DNA of 64,000 nt, from the NCBI RefSeq assembly GCF_006345805.1, contig NC_043002.1:98022001-98086000 (forward strand), written 5' to 3'. This DNA comes from Octopus sinensis. Taxonomy: Eukaryota. Positions 12,754 through 26,774 of this stretch are shown piece by piece. Positions within the stretch are counted from its first letter, which is position 1, and each line of letters begins with the position of its first letter. The notes beneath the pieces are model-generated. The model worked only from the letters and a program-made list of their open reading frames with translations, ran no database searches and was not told the origin of the DNA. The translations under genes and the position numbers were made by a program.

Positions 12754-12931
12754 ATTTATATCCCTATTATCGCTGGACAACCGGTGTTGGGGTGTTTACG
12801 CCCTCGTAACATTGGAATAAGTACTAGGCTTAAAACTAGAGTCGATTTGTTCGACTAAAATCCTTCACGCCGGTGCTCCACTGACTGAAACAAGTAAAAA
12901 GAACCAAAGAGTAGCATACAAAGAATAACAT

Positions 12932-13281
12932 TTCATGGCGGCGAGCTGGCAGAAACGTTAGCACGCCGGGCGAAATGCGTAGCCGTATTTCGTCTGCCGT
13001 TACGTTCTGAGTTCAAATTCCGCCGAGGTCGACTTTGCCTTTCATCCTTTCGGGGTCGATTAAATAAGTACCAGTTACGTACTGGGGTTGATATAATCGA
13101 CTTAATCCGTTTGTCTGTCCTTGTTTGTCCTCTCTGTGTTTAGCCCATTGTGGGCAGTAAAGAAATAGGTATTTCGTCAGTCTTTACGTTCTGAGTTCAA
13201 TTTCCGTCGAGGTCGACTTTGACTTTCATCCCTTGGGGGTCGATAAATTAAGAATAAAAAGATAAAAGAATAAAAAGATAA
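12932..13281 (+). mobile_element. SINE-A plus partial second unit
   Basis: Near-consensus copy; flanking direct repeat AAAGAATAACAT at 12920-12931 and 13282-13293. Confidence 0.9.
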
Positions 13282-14013
13282 AAAGAATAACATATCGGGA
13301 CCAACTACCCCGTGAGGAGGGGGCATGTCTTAAAACAGCACCGACACTAGGCACCAAGGATTGGAATCAAACTCGAAACCTTGTACTTACGAAGTGAATG
13401 TCTTGAACACACAACCAAGCTTGAACATATGAAATAATTTCTTTCTTTTATTTGTCAATCAAAATTTTTATTCATTGATGGGAACCAAAAGCAACAGGGA
13501 CCAAAAGCCTTATTAAAAGTTTATGCCGCATTGTAATGTTTTCCTGTCAGAATTTCCATCAAACAGTTTCGAACCTTTTCAAATGTTTCCTCGTGTGTTA
13601 CGTATGAGTGATTTCCATGATTTACTAACCACAAATGCAGCACCCTTTCTGATATGGCTATGTTCACTCACAACAGCAGAAAGAGCTCGAATTATTTATA
13701 TTAAACATAACGTATTTTACAAGAGAAAAATGGATGGCGCCCAGATTAGATTCACTTTGGATTATCAAATGAACAGGTGTTGAATACTGCGATAGAATTA
13801 TATTCTTTTTTTTAGATTTGCTGTCGGTAAAAAGACAAAAAAAAAGTGATAGAAGTAAATTGTTCGATGAATCGAATCAAACTGTCATTTATTGACTTTT
13901 AACTGGTGCTGTTTTCAGATCTAAGAACGATACAAAAACGAAAGAACGGAGAAAAAAATCGAATGTGCTTCTATTCCGTTTGCATATCTTTATGTATACA
14001 TAAATACATAAAC

Positions 14014-14068
<55 letters not shown>

Positions 14069-14760
14069 ATATGTATGTATGTATGTATGTAATGTAAGTA
14101 TATATACATATATATGAATTTTATAAATGCATGCGTGTAGCGGGGCGTGAAGAAATGTAATAATCTTAAATACTTAATGATTTTGTGCATGAATGTCAGT
14201 GTATATATATATATATCTATGTATGTATGTATATATGCATATGTATATGAACCTATACATACATACATACATACATACATACATACATACATACATACAT
14301 ACATACATACATACGTACGTACGTACATACATACATACATACACACAACACGCACATATTTACGTGCGTACATTCGCATATGGCTGTTCATTTGTCTTTT
14401 ACGTATATGTATAATACATATTTTTGCTTATTTGTATATTGTACATTGAAAAGAGCAACGGCGGAAATGCGTATTCCTATATTATCATGTATGTATGTGT
14501 TCTATTCTATGTGTTAGTGGGAGAGAAAGAGAGAAAGAGAAACTATTTTATGAACAAGAAAATTGTATGTATTTCGGTGGGTTTGCCCTCTCGTTGGCTT
14601 CGCATGGTTTCATAGCAATACAAATGTATCTCTTTTATTTCTTTTAACGATGTTTTATGAGGGATATTCCTTATAGAAGAAAATAGGATTATCAATAATA
14701 ATCATAAGTAAATAAATAAATATGTAAATACATACATACATACGTACATGTGTGTGTGTG

Positions 14761-14809
<49 letters not shown>

Positions 14810-15539
14810 TTCACATAATGTTTCTCTATACGTTTTTTTTCTGTATAGATATATGTTTGTGAGGATGTGAGGATGTGAGGGTGCGGTTTTTGCGTATGAT
14901 GGAGAAATATGAAAGATAGTGGTACACAAAATAGGAATTTACAGATGAAAAATCTTATTATTGAGATTTATCCTGTGGTCTTTGCAAATTTGCTCAACTA
15001 TGGCAACAAGCAGAAAGAAATGCGATAAGAAATAAAGAGAAGAAAAAAAATGAGCGACAAAATCAATAAACTGAAAAAAGTTTTGCATAAAATATAAAAG
15101 TAAGAAAATACAATAAAAAATCTAAACAAAACAATGGAAAATATATGAAACAAAAGAACAGGGAACAAATACTGTGAAAATATGCAAAAACCAAACAAGG
15201 ATTAAATATAACAGAATGAGAAACTTGAAAGCATTTATGAAAATTATGTTATATCATTTTCGTATTAATAAAAGGAATTTAAAAAAGGGGTTTGAATAGA
15301 TGCCGGTGGAGTGTGAAGGCAGAGCAATGTTGCTAAGCCATGAAGCTTAATCTTTAGCATGTGAATGGCAAAAATTACTGAATTTCCGCTTATATCGTCG
15401 AATGTAACCTGTCCACATAAAGCTGCTCACTGTTACAAAACTAACACGGAGACCGTTAACTGCAATGGCGTCTCTGAAATATAAACGTGGTGAATAATTT
15501 CAAAGATATATACCGCAATGTGAACAATATGCATTACAC

Positions 15540-15572
15540 GTATGTATGTATTTAGATATGTATGTATGTATC

Positions 15573-15634
<62 letters not shown>

Positions 15635-15676
15635 CTATTATATATATATATATATATATATTATGTATGTATCTAT

Positions 15677-15714
<38 letters not shown>

Positions 15715-15838
15715 TCTATTCTATATATATATAATATATATGTATGTATCTATTATATATATATATGTATATATATATGTATGTATCTATATATTATATC
15801 TGTATGTATATATATATATATGTATATATGTATGTATC

Positions 15839-15879
<41 letters not shown>

Positions 15880-15962
15880 GAGAGAAAAAGAGAGAGAGAG
15901 AGAGAGAGATAACCACATGCACAAAAACACGCACACACGTATTTATAAACATACGTTTTATA

Positions 15963-15997
<35 letters not shown>

Positions 15998-16425
15998 AAT
16001 AAAGATGCATAGTGTGTACGTGTGTGTGTGTGTGAACACATGTTCCTATATACATTTATTTTATTATTGGTTTCAGTCGTTATTGGACTTTATCTACGCT
16101 GGGGCTGTGGGTTCAATGGTATAGCTGATTATATCAGCCACATTACTGGTTCATCGCTCTCAGAAGGATAAAAGTCAACTTCAACCTGGAATTTTAACTC
16201 TGTAAGCAGAAGAGACGCTCCACCGAATCAGGCCCAGACCCCTCTCTCTCTTCTTCACTCTTTCTCATACACACATATATATATATACGTTTATGAGTGT
16301 GTGTATGTGTGGTGTATGTGTGTGTATATATATATATATTTACATATATATATATGAATATGTATGTACGTATATATATATATATATATATATATTATAT
16401 TATATATATATAATATATATATATA
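15540..16425. repeat. Long (TA)n-dominated compound microsatellite blocks
   Basis: Direct reading; a degenerate SINE remnant lies near 16060-16200. Confidence 0.9.
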
Positions 16426-16534
16426 TACGCATACTGTTGAATGAATGATGAGGTGTGCAGTGATGAGAGAATTTAGTATCTGTGCAAACATCAATATATT
16501 AATTGATATTATTATCCAATAATATTTTACTGAG

Positions 16535-16900
16535 GGAGAAGAATCGTTAGAACTTCAGGAAAATGCTTTGTAGTATTTGTTCCGGCTCTTTACGCTGCGA
16601 GTTCAAATCTTGTCAGGTGTCAATTTTTACATATTATTCTTTCAATGTCAATAAAATATAATACATGTGATGTCCTGGAGTGGACGATGTTGACTCATAT
16701 TCTTCGCGCAAAATAAGGGCATCGCCCTTATTCTGAAATCAGAAACTTGTTAGATATAAGTTTTATTAATAATGATATTTTTTTTAAATTTCGGCAATTT
16801 GATTACAGCGTCCCCAGTACATGCCTGGTACTTTATTTTATCGAGCTTAAACGGATGAAAGGCAAAGTTGACCCTAGTGTTATTTGAACTCAGAACATAA
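16535..16900. mobile_element. Two degenerate SINE-A copies (+ about 16535-16740; - about 16797-16900)
   Basis: GAGTTCAAATC on plus; GGATGAAAGGCAAAGTTGACC..TTTGAACTCAGAAC on minus. Confidence 0.6.
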
Positions 16901-17125
16901 GAGAGTTTTATTTTGATAATATTAAAATTATGTGTGTATACATATGTATGAATTATACATACACACATATATATATACATATATATATATATGTATATAT
17001 ATATATATCTATATATAGATATAATATATATATATATATATAATATATATATAATATATATTATATATATATATATGTATATATATGTATGTATATATAT
17101 GTTATATATATATATATATATATAA

Positions 17126-17171
<46 letters not shown>

Positions 17172-17449
17172 AGGGAATATTATTCCTAACTTACAGGAAA
17201 AATTCAGTTTAGAAATACTAAACCAAATTTCACAAAATATAATATATTTAGAAAAATTTGAAAAAGCACATTTTATCAATTCAATATCATTCTTTATATG
17301 AATTAATTTTAAGTTTTAGTATTAATTGCTTAATGGGTATTTGACTGTATTTGGATGTTTATTGAATAAATATATTTTAATAATCTAATTTAATGTATAT
17401 AATTTAAAGTATTGTATTTAGTTTTCCCTTAATGTATTTTAGTAACTTA

Positions 17450-17493
<44 letters not shown>

Positions 17494-17819
17494 AATATAT
17501 TTATATTTTAAAAGATTATTTATGTATATTTAGTAATTAATTATTTTATTATTGTAGTTTATTTATATCGAAGTGATTTTACCACTACTACTAATTTTTT
17601 TACTATAATCATTTCTTAAATATAGCCACGAAACACCTTTCGTTATTCTACCAAATATATACGTTTTATTTATTATTTTGCACATTACTTAATCATTGGT
17701 ATATTATTGTTATTTTATATTTTATATTTAATATTTCTATTATATGTAATTGTTCGTTTTGAATTGGTAAAAGGTGTTTTTTTTTCTAATTCATGTGATC
17801 TCTTGAGCACCACCAGCAA

Positions 17820-17998
17820 AAATATTTTTTCCTCTGTCTTCCCTTCTCTGGATCTTTCCTTCTCCTATGTCTCCGACGAAGAGCTCCGCTCGAACGTTAA
17901 ACCCTCCTTCCCTTCTTTCCTGAGCGTCAATAATACTTTATATGTTCCCCGTCCTCGCGTTGCTGTGTTTTTTTCTGTGTTTTCTTGTTTGGATAACT
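17820..17998 (+). mobile_element. Penelope-like pLTR remnant with degenerate minimal hammerhead (17868-17902)
   Basis: GTCT-CCGACGA-A-GAGC-TCC-GCTC-GAA-CG-TT-AAAC, followed by a pyrimidine-rich tail ending in (TA)n. Confidence 0.55.
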
Positions 17999-18446
17999 AT
18001 ATTATATATATATATTATATATATATATATATATAATATATATATATAAATATTACTTATGGTATAATTATGAACAGACAAATTTTTGCCATTTCTCCGT
18101 AGACTGAAAAAATGATGAACACCCCTAATGGATTTTCGAGCCTTATTGGGTTCTCATCAGAGGCGTCCACATCACTTTGACAATCTCCAGGCAAACACGT
18201 AACCAAACTGTTTATACACTCAAAAAATGCAGCAATTAGTTTATGAAGGGGTCCGTAATTTGCATGCCGAAAGTATTTAACTCTCATATACTCACACACG
18301 TGTTTTCGATTTTCCATATTTTACGCACGCAGTTTTTTTTTTTTTTGTCTTTTTTTCAATAATCTGTGTTTACCAGTAGAGACTCCCTTAAATTTCTCTT
18401 TCCCTACCGTTCTCTACTCTTATTCTCTGCCTGTACCTCTGTTTCT

Positions 18447-18483
<37 letters not shown>

Positions 18484-18864
18484 TTCTCCTTATACACACG
18501 CACACACATTTGTTGCTCCGAGGACCTTTGGCAAAGAACCATGTTCAGCAGTCTACTGGGATCACCAGTATTCGGTTCGGTCTCTCATCCTACCTATTTA
18601 CTACAGTTCTGCAAATTACGAGGCTGGCTAACCGTAAAGCCTCCTCCGATGGTGATCTAGTTCTAATAGATAGTTTTTTTTAAAGGAGTTGAGAAAATTT
18701 TCCAAATGTAGAAGAGTAACTTATAATTAAGAAAACTGAACATAAACTCATCAAAGACAAAGAATTTTGTTTTTTGGAAATAATACTGCACTTCGCTGTC
18801 ATCCGGGAAATAATGAGGTTCAGTACACAGAAAATGTAGTTTCGGTGAATGTTATATCACCAAT

Positions 18865-19253
18865 ACGTGGAGGCGCAATGGCCCAGTGGTTAGGGCAGCG
18901 GACTCGCAGTCATAGGATCGCGGTTTCGATTCCCAGACCAGGCGTTGTGAGTGTTTATTGAGCGAAAACACTTAAAAGCTCCACGAGGCTCCGACAGGGG
19001 ATGGTGGTGATCCCTGCTGTACTCTTTCACCACAACTTTCTCTCACTCTTACTTCCTGTTTCTGTTGTGCCTGTATTTCAAAGGGCCGGCCTTGTCACTC
19101 TCTGTGTCACGCTGAATATCCCCGAGAGCTACGTAAGGGTACACAGTGTCTGTGGAGTGCTCAGCCACTTACCAAGTTAAATTTCACGAGCAGGCTGTTC
19201 CGTTGATTCGGATCAACCGGAACCCTCGTCGTCGTAACCGACGGAGTGCTTCC
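18865..19253 (+). mobile_element. SINE-B, full length
   Basis: tRNA-like head TGGCCCAGTGG...GTTTCGATTCC; 11-bp TSD ATATCACCAAT (18854-18864, 19254-19264). Confidence 0.95.
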
Positions 19254-19571
19254 ATATCACCAATTTAAAGCGTTGGAGCACATAATGTTCGATGGATTCG
19301 CAGGCAGGTCGATAGAGAAGGGGATTGTAATAAATGCACAGGTGTAGTTAGATGTAAAAGCACCCATAAAAGCTCTTTCAAATGCTTAAGGGCTCTCTGG
19401 AAATAGCCGGAGGCTTTTGTTACCTATTCAGCTGAATTGGCAGTAGACGAGAGTGTTCCGAGAGTATAGTAGCCAGCAGAAACGCGATGGCGAAAGTTCA
19501 AACACCGATTATTATTATTGCAGGTAAAGGAAGCTATTCTCTTTCTCCCTATAAATGTGTGTGCATTCATA

Positions 19572-19695
19572 AATGAATGAATGAATGAATGAATGAATGA
19601 ATGAATGAATGAATGAATGTATGTATGTATGTATGTATGTATGTATGTATGTATGTATGTATGTATGTATGTATGTATGTATGTATGCATGCATG

Positions 19696-19732
<37 letters not shown>

Positions 19733-19733
19733 G

Positions 19734-19791
<58 letters not shown>

Positions 19792-19937
19792 CATCTTCTG
19801 CGTATGTTTTAAGTTGTAGGCCACAGTTTTGTACGTTGGAAACTGAAATTTTACATGGTGATACATTGTTTCAAGGGAAAAGTCATGACAATATGACTGC
19901 TTAACACACACGTATGTATATGCATATGTGTATATGC

Positions 19938-20010
<73 letters not shown>

Positions 20011-20015
20011 CTATC

Positions 20016-20063
<48 letters not shown>

Positions 20064-20155
20064 CTGTGTGTATTGGGTTGTTATAATATATATATATATA
20101 TACATATATATAACATATACATATACATACTAATAATAAACATATATTATATATA
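19572..20155. repeat. (GAAT)n, (TATG)n, (TCTA)n, (TA)n microsatellites
   Basis: Direct reading. Confidence 0.95.
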
Positions 20156-20629
20156 ATCCTATATATCAAAGGGCTTAGTAAACTAAAATATTACTTGTGC
20201 CGCATACGGAACTCATTAGAAATAGCAGCTGAAAAACTTTTTTAAGCTATTTCTAATACTTAAAGAAAATCTTCTCATATATAGTGTTTGCTTAATCAAC
20301 TCACAAAACTCACAATGTATGTATGATGTATGTAGTATGGATGTATGTATGTATATATGATATGATTGGTATGATATGATATGATAGGATACTTTTGATA
20401 TATATGATATGATAGTATTTGATACTTTCTAAAAACAGAATAATAAATTGCTTGCATGCAATAATTCTGAGTGAATCAGCATTCCCAGACAAGCTGAAGA
20501 TTGTCAGCATCATTTTAAAGCAATTTATCCCAACTATAGTTAAGTCATGTGACTGCATTTATTTTAGGCCCAGCACAGCTGTCAGTGAATAATACATACA
20601 TACATACATACATACATACATACATACAT

Positions 20630-20702
<73 letters not shown>

Positions 20703-22179
20703 GCATACATGCATACATATATATACATGCCTGCATACACACATATATGTGCACGTAAGCATGCTGGCATGTGAAAGCTCATCTGTGAATGGATGCTTGC
20801 GCATGTATGCATTGAAGTGCGGTTTGTTTGGTCTCAGTTCAGTGCTGAATAAGCAGTCCTACAATATATAATGTATAGGTATTACTCTGAAATTGCTCTG
20901 TGATTCAAAATTTCGTTTCGCAGTCTCTTGTTACCGAGTTCGATCCTCGTGGAAGTCTCTTTTCCACAGTCTTATATATGTTAAAATCATTATTTAATTA
21001 CTTACAACGCGATTGAATTTGAGAAATGTAGAAACTTCGCCAGTCAAAGTGAATTTCGAATTCGTTTTTGCATCATTCCTGGCAAACCACGATAAATAGC
21101 AGCTTCTTTTAAAGCTTATAATATATTCAGGTCTTCAGTAACTTAGATACACGTTTGCTATCATTTCTAAGATGTTAGGATGTCTTAGTGGGAGATGTGG
21201 CTGACATTTTTAACCGGTCAAGCAATCACTTAGAGGTTCTCTCTATAATTTAGTTTTACAATACCCTCATCCTATCTATTTTTTTTTTTTTTTTTTGCGA
21301 AACTGATAATGCTAGGTCTATGTACTATATTTAATGACATAAGAGACACACTGATAGGTTAGATTCATCCTAATTTCAGCTGCGCATATTCAAGAAAATA
21401 TATCACTAGTGTATTAAAGCGTGAAAAATTTAAAACAATCTAACAGTGCATTACAAAACTTTAGCCAAAACAGAAAACATTACCGTATGTAAAACGTTAG
21501 CAGTACAGCTGAACATAAAGCCTATAGAAATGAGTATTAAGGACAAATTATCTTATGGGAGGCCCAACCTCGCATATAGGATTTGGGGTTGTGTTTTGCG
21601 ACATTTTTAGGGTCAAAAAGTGCATCTCATATGCCATCAAGTAGGGTATATTTTTATATTCGTACTCAGTTATCTATAAATCGGCTGTCAACGTCATCTC
21701 ACATATACAGGACAGGTAAAATTCAACAAGGCATTATAAGTAGTTAGAAAAAAAAATCCCTGAATGATATATATAAAAAAGGAATTAAAAAAAAATCCTA
21801 CATCGTAATAACGACGTAAATTAGCAGGACGCAAAATGGGAGTTGCTCAGAAATTCTACTCATTTTGATACTTCTTGTAAGGTCGATGTCACTTGTAATG
21901 GAAATACCACACAGCCACTAACACAGGCCTAATCAATTATTTAACTGTTTAAGGCTATCAGCGTTGGCACAGTAATACGAAACCTCACCTCTATATAAAA
22001 ATAAAAATACATATCAGATTTGTGTCTCCCCTGAGATGAAAAAATATAAAATGACCGACAAATATGTATACTACTACAATGTACTTGATGCCTTCAAAGT
22101 TTTATTTCTCCGTTTCTCTATTTCTGACTGAATTTTTTATAATTTATTTTGTGACTTTATTGCCATTTTTCTACTTTCT

Positions 22180-22860
22180 GGCAGAGTTGTAAGAGCGTCG
22201 GAATCCACCCCACTGCAAAAACAAAGAAAAAATAAAACACTTGTAGTTCTTGTTTCTTTGAGTTCACATCCCACCAAGTGCAACTTTGCCTTTCATGCCT
22301 CCAGGGTAGTTAAAAATAAGGTATCAGTATAATGGCATCGACTAAAATCCATTCTGTCAGCACTTCAGGCCCTCTGCCAGAATTTAGAAAAATATATATT
22401 ACTATTGTTGTTGTCGAAAGTGGCGAGCCGGGGTAGAATCGATAACACACCGCACAAAATACTCAGCAGCATTTCGTCCGTCTCTACGTTCTGAGTTTAA
22501 ATTCCGCCGAGGTCAACTTTCTGTTTCATCCTCTTGGGGTCGAAAGAATAAGCAGCAATCAACTGCAGGATTCGAATTAATCGATTAGCCGTCTCCCACA
22601 AAATGTCAAGCCTTGTACCGATAGTAGAAAGAATTATTTTTGTTGTTGTTGTTATTAAGGCAGACACCTGGCAGAATCGTTAGTATGCCGGATAAAATAA
22701 CTAGCGTCATTTCTCCCGTCTTCACGTTCCGAGTTCAAATTCCACTGAGATCGACTTTAATTATTTTGGTATCGATAATATAAGTACTAGTCAAGCATTG
22801 AGGTGAATACAATAGACTAACCTCTTCCTCCTCCTCCTCTATAGCAGGAAAGAAAGAAGG
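22180..22860 (+). mobile_element. Three degenerate head-to-tail SINE-A copies
   Basis: Heads near 22180, 22421 and 22658; B-box and core visible in each. Confidence 0.75.
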
Positions 22861-22873
22861 AATATTACTATTA

Positions 22874-23054
22874 TAGGCGTGGCTATATGGCAAGAAGTTT
22901 CCTTCCTTCTCAACCATATGGTTCCGCGTTCAGTCCTGCTGTGTGGCTTCTTGGGCAAGTACCATCTGCTACAAGCATTAGGCTAATCAAGGCCATGGGA
23001 TGGATTTGGTAAACGGAAACTGAAAGAAGCTTAACGTATATATATGTATGTATA
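22874..23054 (+). mobile_element. SINE-C 5' half
   Basis: GTGGCTATATGG...GTTCAGTCC...CTTGGGCAAGT...GGAAACTGAAAGAAGC. Confidence 0.75.
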
Positions 23055-23110
23055 TAAATTCTCAAACGCAGGATAACGCTAATTAGCATTATCCTGCGTT
23101 TGAGAATTTA
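23055..23110. repeat. 56-bp spacerless palindrome
   Basis: TAAATTCTCAAACGCAGGATAACGCTAA|TTAGCATTATCCTGCGTTTGAGAATTTA with one mismatch. Confidence 0.95.
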
Positions 23111-23207
23111 AAATCACTTCTTTAACTCTCTAAGACATCTCAACGCTTCTAAAGCAAACTTAGTTTGTTTGTTTACGTTCATCGTAATTTGAATTTATGC
23201 ATATATA

Positions 23208-23589
23208 TCTCTCTCTATATAAACGGCAGTTTGTCTGTGCGTGCTTCTGTGTGTCTGTTTGCTTGTACCCTCACCCTGACCACGGCTTTCAACCGATTCT
23301 GATGAAACTTGACACACACATAGCCCAATGTCATAATTCAAAACTAACGCAGCGAAAATTTTGAAAAGTTCCCCCAGTTCTGAAAAAAATCGATAAATTC
23401 GACATGGGGTCGAGAATTAGAAACACAAACCGCAAACTGTCTAGGGGACGCAACTCCACCTTTTTTTACTCAAAAAAAATTTACCATCATTTTTTTCCAT
23501 TTTATTGGTATTTTTTGGCTATAACTCTCTAAAAATGCTTTATAGTTATTTCCCTTACAAACCTGAGCAACGCCGGGCGATACTGCTAG
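23208..23589 (+). mobile_element. Non-autonomous Helitron
   Basis: 5' TC..TATATAAA; 3' GC-rich hairpin then CTAG; inserted between A and T in a TA tract. Confidence 0.85.
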
Positions 23590-23674
23590 TATATATATAT
23601 ATATATAATATATAGATTATATATATATATATATATATATATTTGTATGTAATTTCGCCGAGGTCGAATTTGCA

Positions 23675-24047
23675 CGATAAACAGCGCATGACCTTGCAGG
23701 TGGGGCACGGTTAGAATTTTCTTCTGGTCGAGTAGTCACCCCGCTCAGAAGGTCCCTGAATAAGGATTGTTTAATGATGTTGAACGAACCACCCATATTT
23801 CCAAAGGAGAATTATCCAAACCTCCAAGAATTCCTTTCAACACACGGCAATGATGCTCCCCCACTACTTCTGCTTGTGGTCAGAGATGCACATATCATCA
23901 GACACTAAAGGACATGGTCAACTGGATACGGTCAAACAAATTTGTGATATTGAGCAGAATATTTGCTGTAGCCCATCTTTCATACCAAGACTAAACAATG
24001 TACATGATAACACCTCCAATCAATTAAGATTGGTACTGCATCAGGGC

Positions 24048-24096
<49 letters not shown>

Positions 24097-24631
24097 GTTA
24101 TTATTATTATTGAGTGAGAGAGCAGTGCATGCCATCAAAGTGACACTGAGGTACAAATATACGAAGTCCTGTATACCCATTATGACCACCAGACACATGC
24201 ATCACAAACATATTGTACGACATGGTGACTTCATATCAAGATAAACAGCACATGACCTTGCAGGTGGGGCGCAGTTAATATTTTCTTCGGGCCGAGTAGC
24301 TCAAGTCGCTCAAGTGGTCCCTGAATAAGGGCTGTTTAAGGATGTTGAACGAAACACCCATTTTCCTAGGGGTGAGTTATTCAAACCCCAGAGAATTCCT
24401 CTCAACACACTACTTCTGCTTGTGATCAGACATGCACATATTGTCAGCCACCAAGGGACATGCTCAACAACTGACAAAATCTCTGGTATTGAGCAAAATG
24501 TCTGCTGTATCCCATCTTTTACACTAAGACAAAAAACATGTACATGATAACACTTTCAATCAATTAAGATCAGAAGCCATAAGAGCCATTACCTTTTATT
24601 GCACCAGTGCACTTCTTTATTTATTTATTTA

Positions 24632-24666
<35 letters not shown>

Positions 24667-25229
24667 GAGTGAGAGAGCAGTTCATGCCATCAAGGTGACA
24701 CTGGGGTAAAATATACGAAGCCCAATATACCCATCATGACTACCCGTCTGATAAAGGTACACAAGGCACATGCATCACAACCATATGTGCGCGACATGGT
24801 GATCTCATATCAAGATAAACAGCACATGACCTTGCAGGTGGGGCCCAGTTAGAATTTTCTTCAGGTTGAGTAGCCCATCCCGCTCAAACGGTCTCTGAAT
24901 AAGGGTTGTTTAAGGATGTTGAAAGACCAAACCACCCCATGTTTCCAGAGGCGAACTATTCAAACCCCAAAGAATCCCTCTCATCACAACACATGGCTAT
25001 GATGCTCCCCCACCTACTTCTGCTCGTGATCAGAGATGCACATATCGTCAGCCACTAAGGGACATGCTCAACTGGTTCGGTCAAACACTACAAGCAAGTC
25101 TGTGGTATTGAGCAGAATATTTGCTGTAGCCCATCTTTTATACCAAGACAAACAATGTACATGATAACACTTCCAATCAGTTAGATCAGAAGTCACGAGA
25201 GAGCCACTGCCTGGTACTGCATCAGGGCA

Positions 25230-25231
<2 letters not shown>
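23675..25231 (-). mobile_element. Three head-to-tail copies of a ~560-bp non-coding element separated by (TTA)n (23675-24050, 24111-24612, 24666-25231)
   Basis: Shared blocks such as GATAAACAGCACATGACCTTGCAGGTGGGG and ATGTACATGATAACAC; each copy has its own indels; strand inferred from the (AAT)n tail. Confidence 0.85.
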
Positions 25232-25287
<56 letters not shown>

Positions 25288-25408
25288 CATCATCATCATC
25301 ATCATTATTATTATTGTTATTGTTATTATTATTATTATTATTGTTATTGTTATTATTATTATTATTATTATTGTTGTTGTTGTGGTTGTTGTTGTTGTTA
25401 TTATTTAT

Positions 25409-25628
25409 GGCGGCGAGCGGGCAGAATCGTTAACCCGCTGGACGAAATGCTTAGCGGTATTTCGTCCGTCCTTACGTTCTGAGTTCAAATTCCTCCGAGG
25501 TCGACTTTGCCTTTCATCCTTTTGGGGTCGATAAAATTAAGTACCACTGAAACACTGGGTTCGATGTAATCCACTATTCCACTCCCACAAAATTTCAGAT
25601 CTTGTGCCTATAGTAGAAAGGATTATTA
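25409..25628 (+). mobile_element. SINE-A
   Basis: Full head, core and tail, directly after a (TTA)n tract. Confidence 0.9.
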
Positions 25629-25699
25629 CCTCCTCCTTAGTGAAGGTGGAGGTATTGTTTTTAGTCGTGTTTGTTTGTTTGCTTGTTTATATATATATA

Positions 25700-25862
25700 T
25701 ATATATACGACGGGCTTCTTTTAGTTTCCATCTACCACATCCACTCCTTGTGAGTGGATATAGTAGAACTAACTTGCCCAAGGTGCAATGCAGTGGGACT
25801 GAACCCGGAGTCATGTGGTTGGTAAGCAAGCTACTTACCATACAGCCATTCCTGTGCCTATC
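25700..25862 (-). mobile_element. SINE-C 5' half
   Basis: Reverse complement of the SINE-C head. Confidence 0.8.
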
Positions 25863-26069
25863 CATAGTTTTGGGGGGTTTTTCTGTTCCTTTACGATCCT
25901 GGAATCAAACGGGCATGATGGATCGATAAGTAAGCAAATTCGCATTTCTTTACCTATAATTGTTAAGTCAATAATAATAATAATAATAATAATAAAATAA
26001 TAATAATAATAATAATAGTTGTTGTTGTTGTTGTTATTATTATTATTATTATTATTATTTTCATTATCA

Positions 26070-26152
<83 letters not shown>

Positions 26153-26724
26153 TATTCAGCTATTTATTTATATATTTCATCATGGTCTAAATTACTCTGT
26201 TTTCACCAGGAATTCTCTCAAGGTGTGGCTCTTATTTGTAATCGCTCGTTGATCGGCGACGTTGCATCAACCGAACTTGTCGCATGCATGAGGTAAATCT
26301 GTTGATATATCGTTTGAAACAGACACCTTGTGGGTGTTAATCGGATAGTCTAGACAAACTTGTGAGAGAAAAATACACACATGTAAACTTGCATAGACAT
26401 ATGCTCACGCACACATATGTATGCCAGTACATATATAGATATATGTATGCGTATGTATATATGTAAATGTATATATGTAAATATTTATATATATATATTT
26501 AAACACAAACATATATGCTTATAAATGTATATGGGTGTGTAGATTATATATATATATATACATACATATGTATTTATATACATTTATGTCTATGTACGTG
26601 TATAATTGTGTGCATGTATGTATGTGTTTGTGTGTCAGTCTTTTTGTGTGCATATATTTAAAGCGCACGCATACACACGTACATATACACATTAATATGC
26701 AAACATACAGGTATATGTTTCTAT

Positions 26725-26774
<50 letters not shown>

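Larger units (their letters stand above)
12052..12900 (+). mobile_element. SINE-C, 5'-truncated and split by a Helitron (halves 12052-12146 and 12719-12900)
   Basis: Both halves match intact copies at 36061 and 54064; the break is in the internal TA/TG tract. Confidence 0.75.

Noticed and set aside
18057-18317. 86-aa minus-strand ORF as a real gene
   Set aside because: No recognisable homology or clean splice signals; cannot be supported from sequence alone.
18865-18945. tRNA genes at SINE heads
   Set aside because: A/B boxes run directly into SINE bodies with TSDs; no complete cloverleaf or terminator.
21482-21650. Second pogo-like MITE
   Set aside because: Ends (TACCGTA.../...TAGGGTA) are too decayed to support a call.
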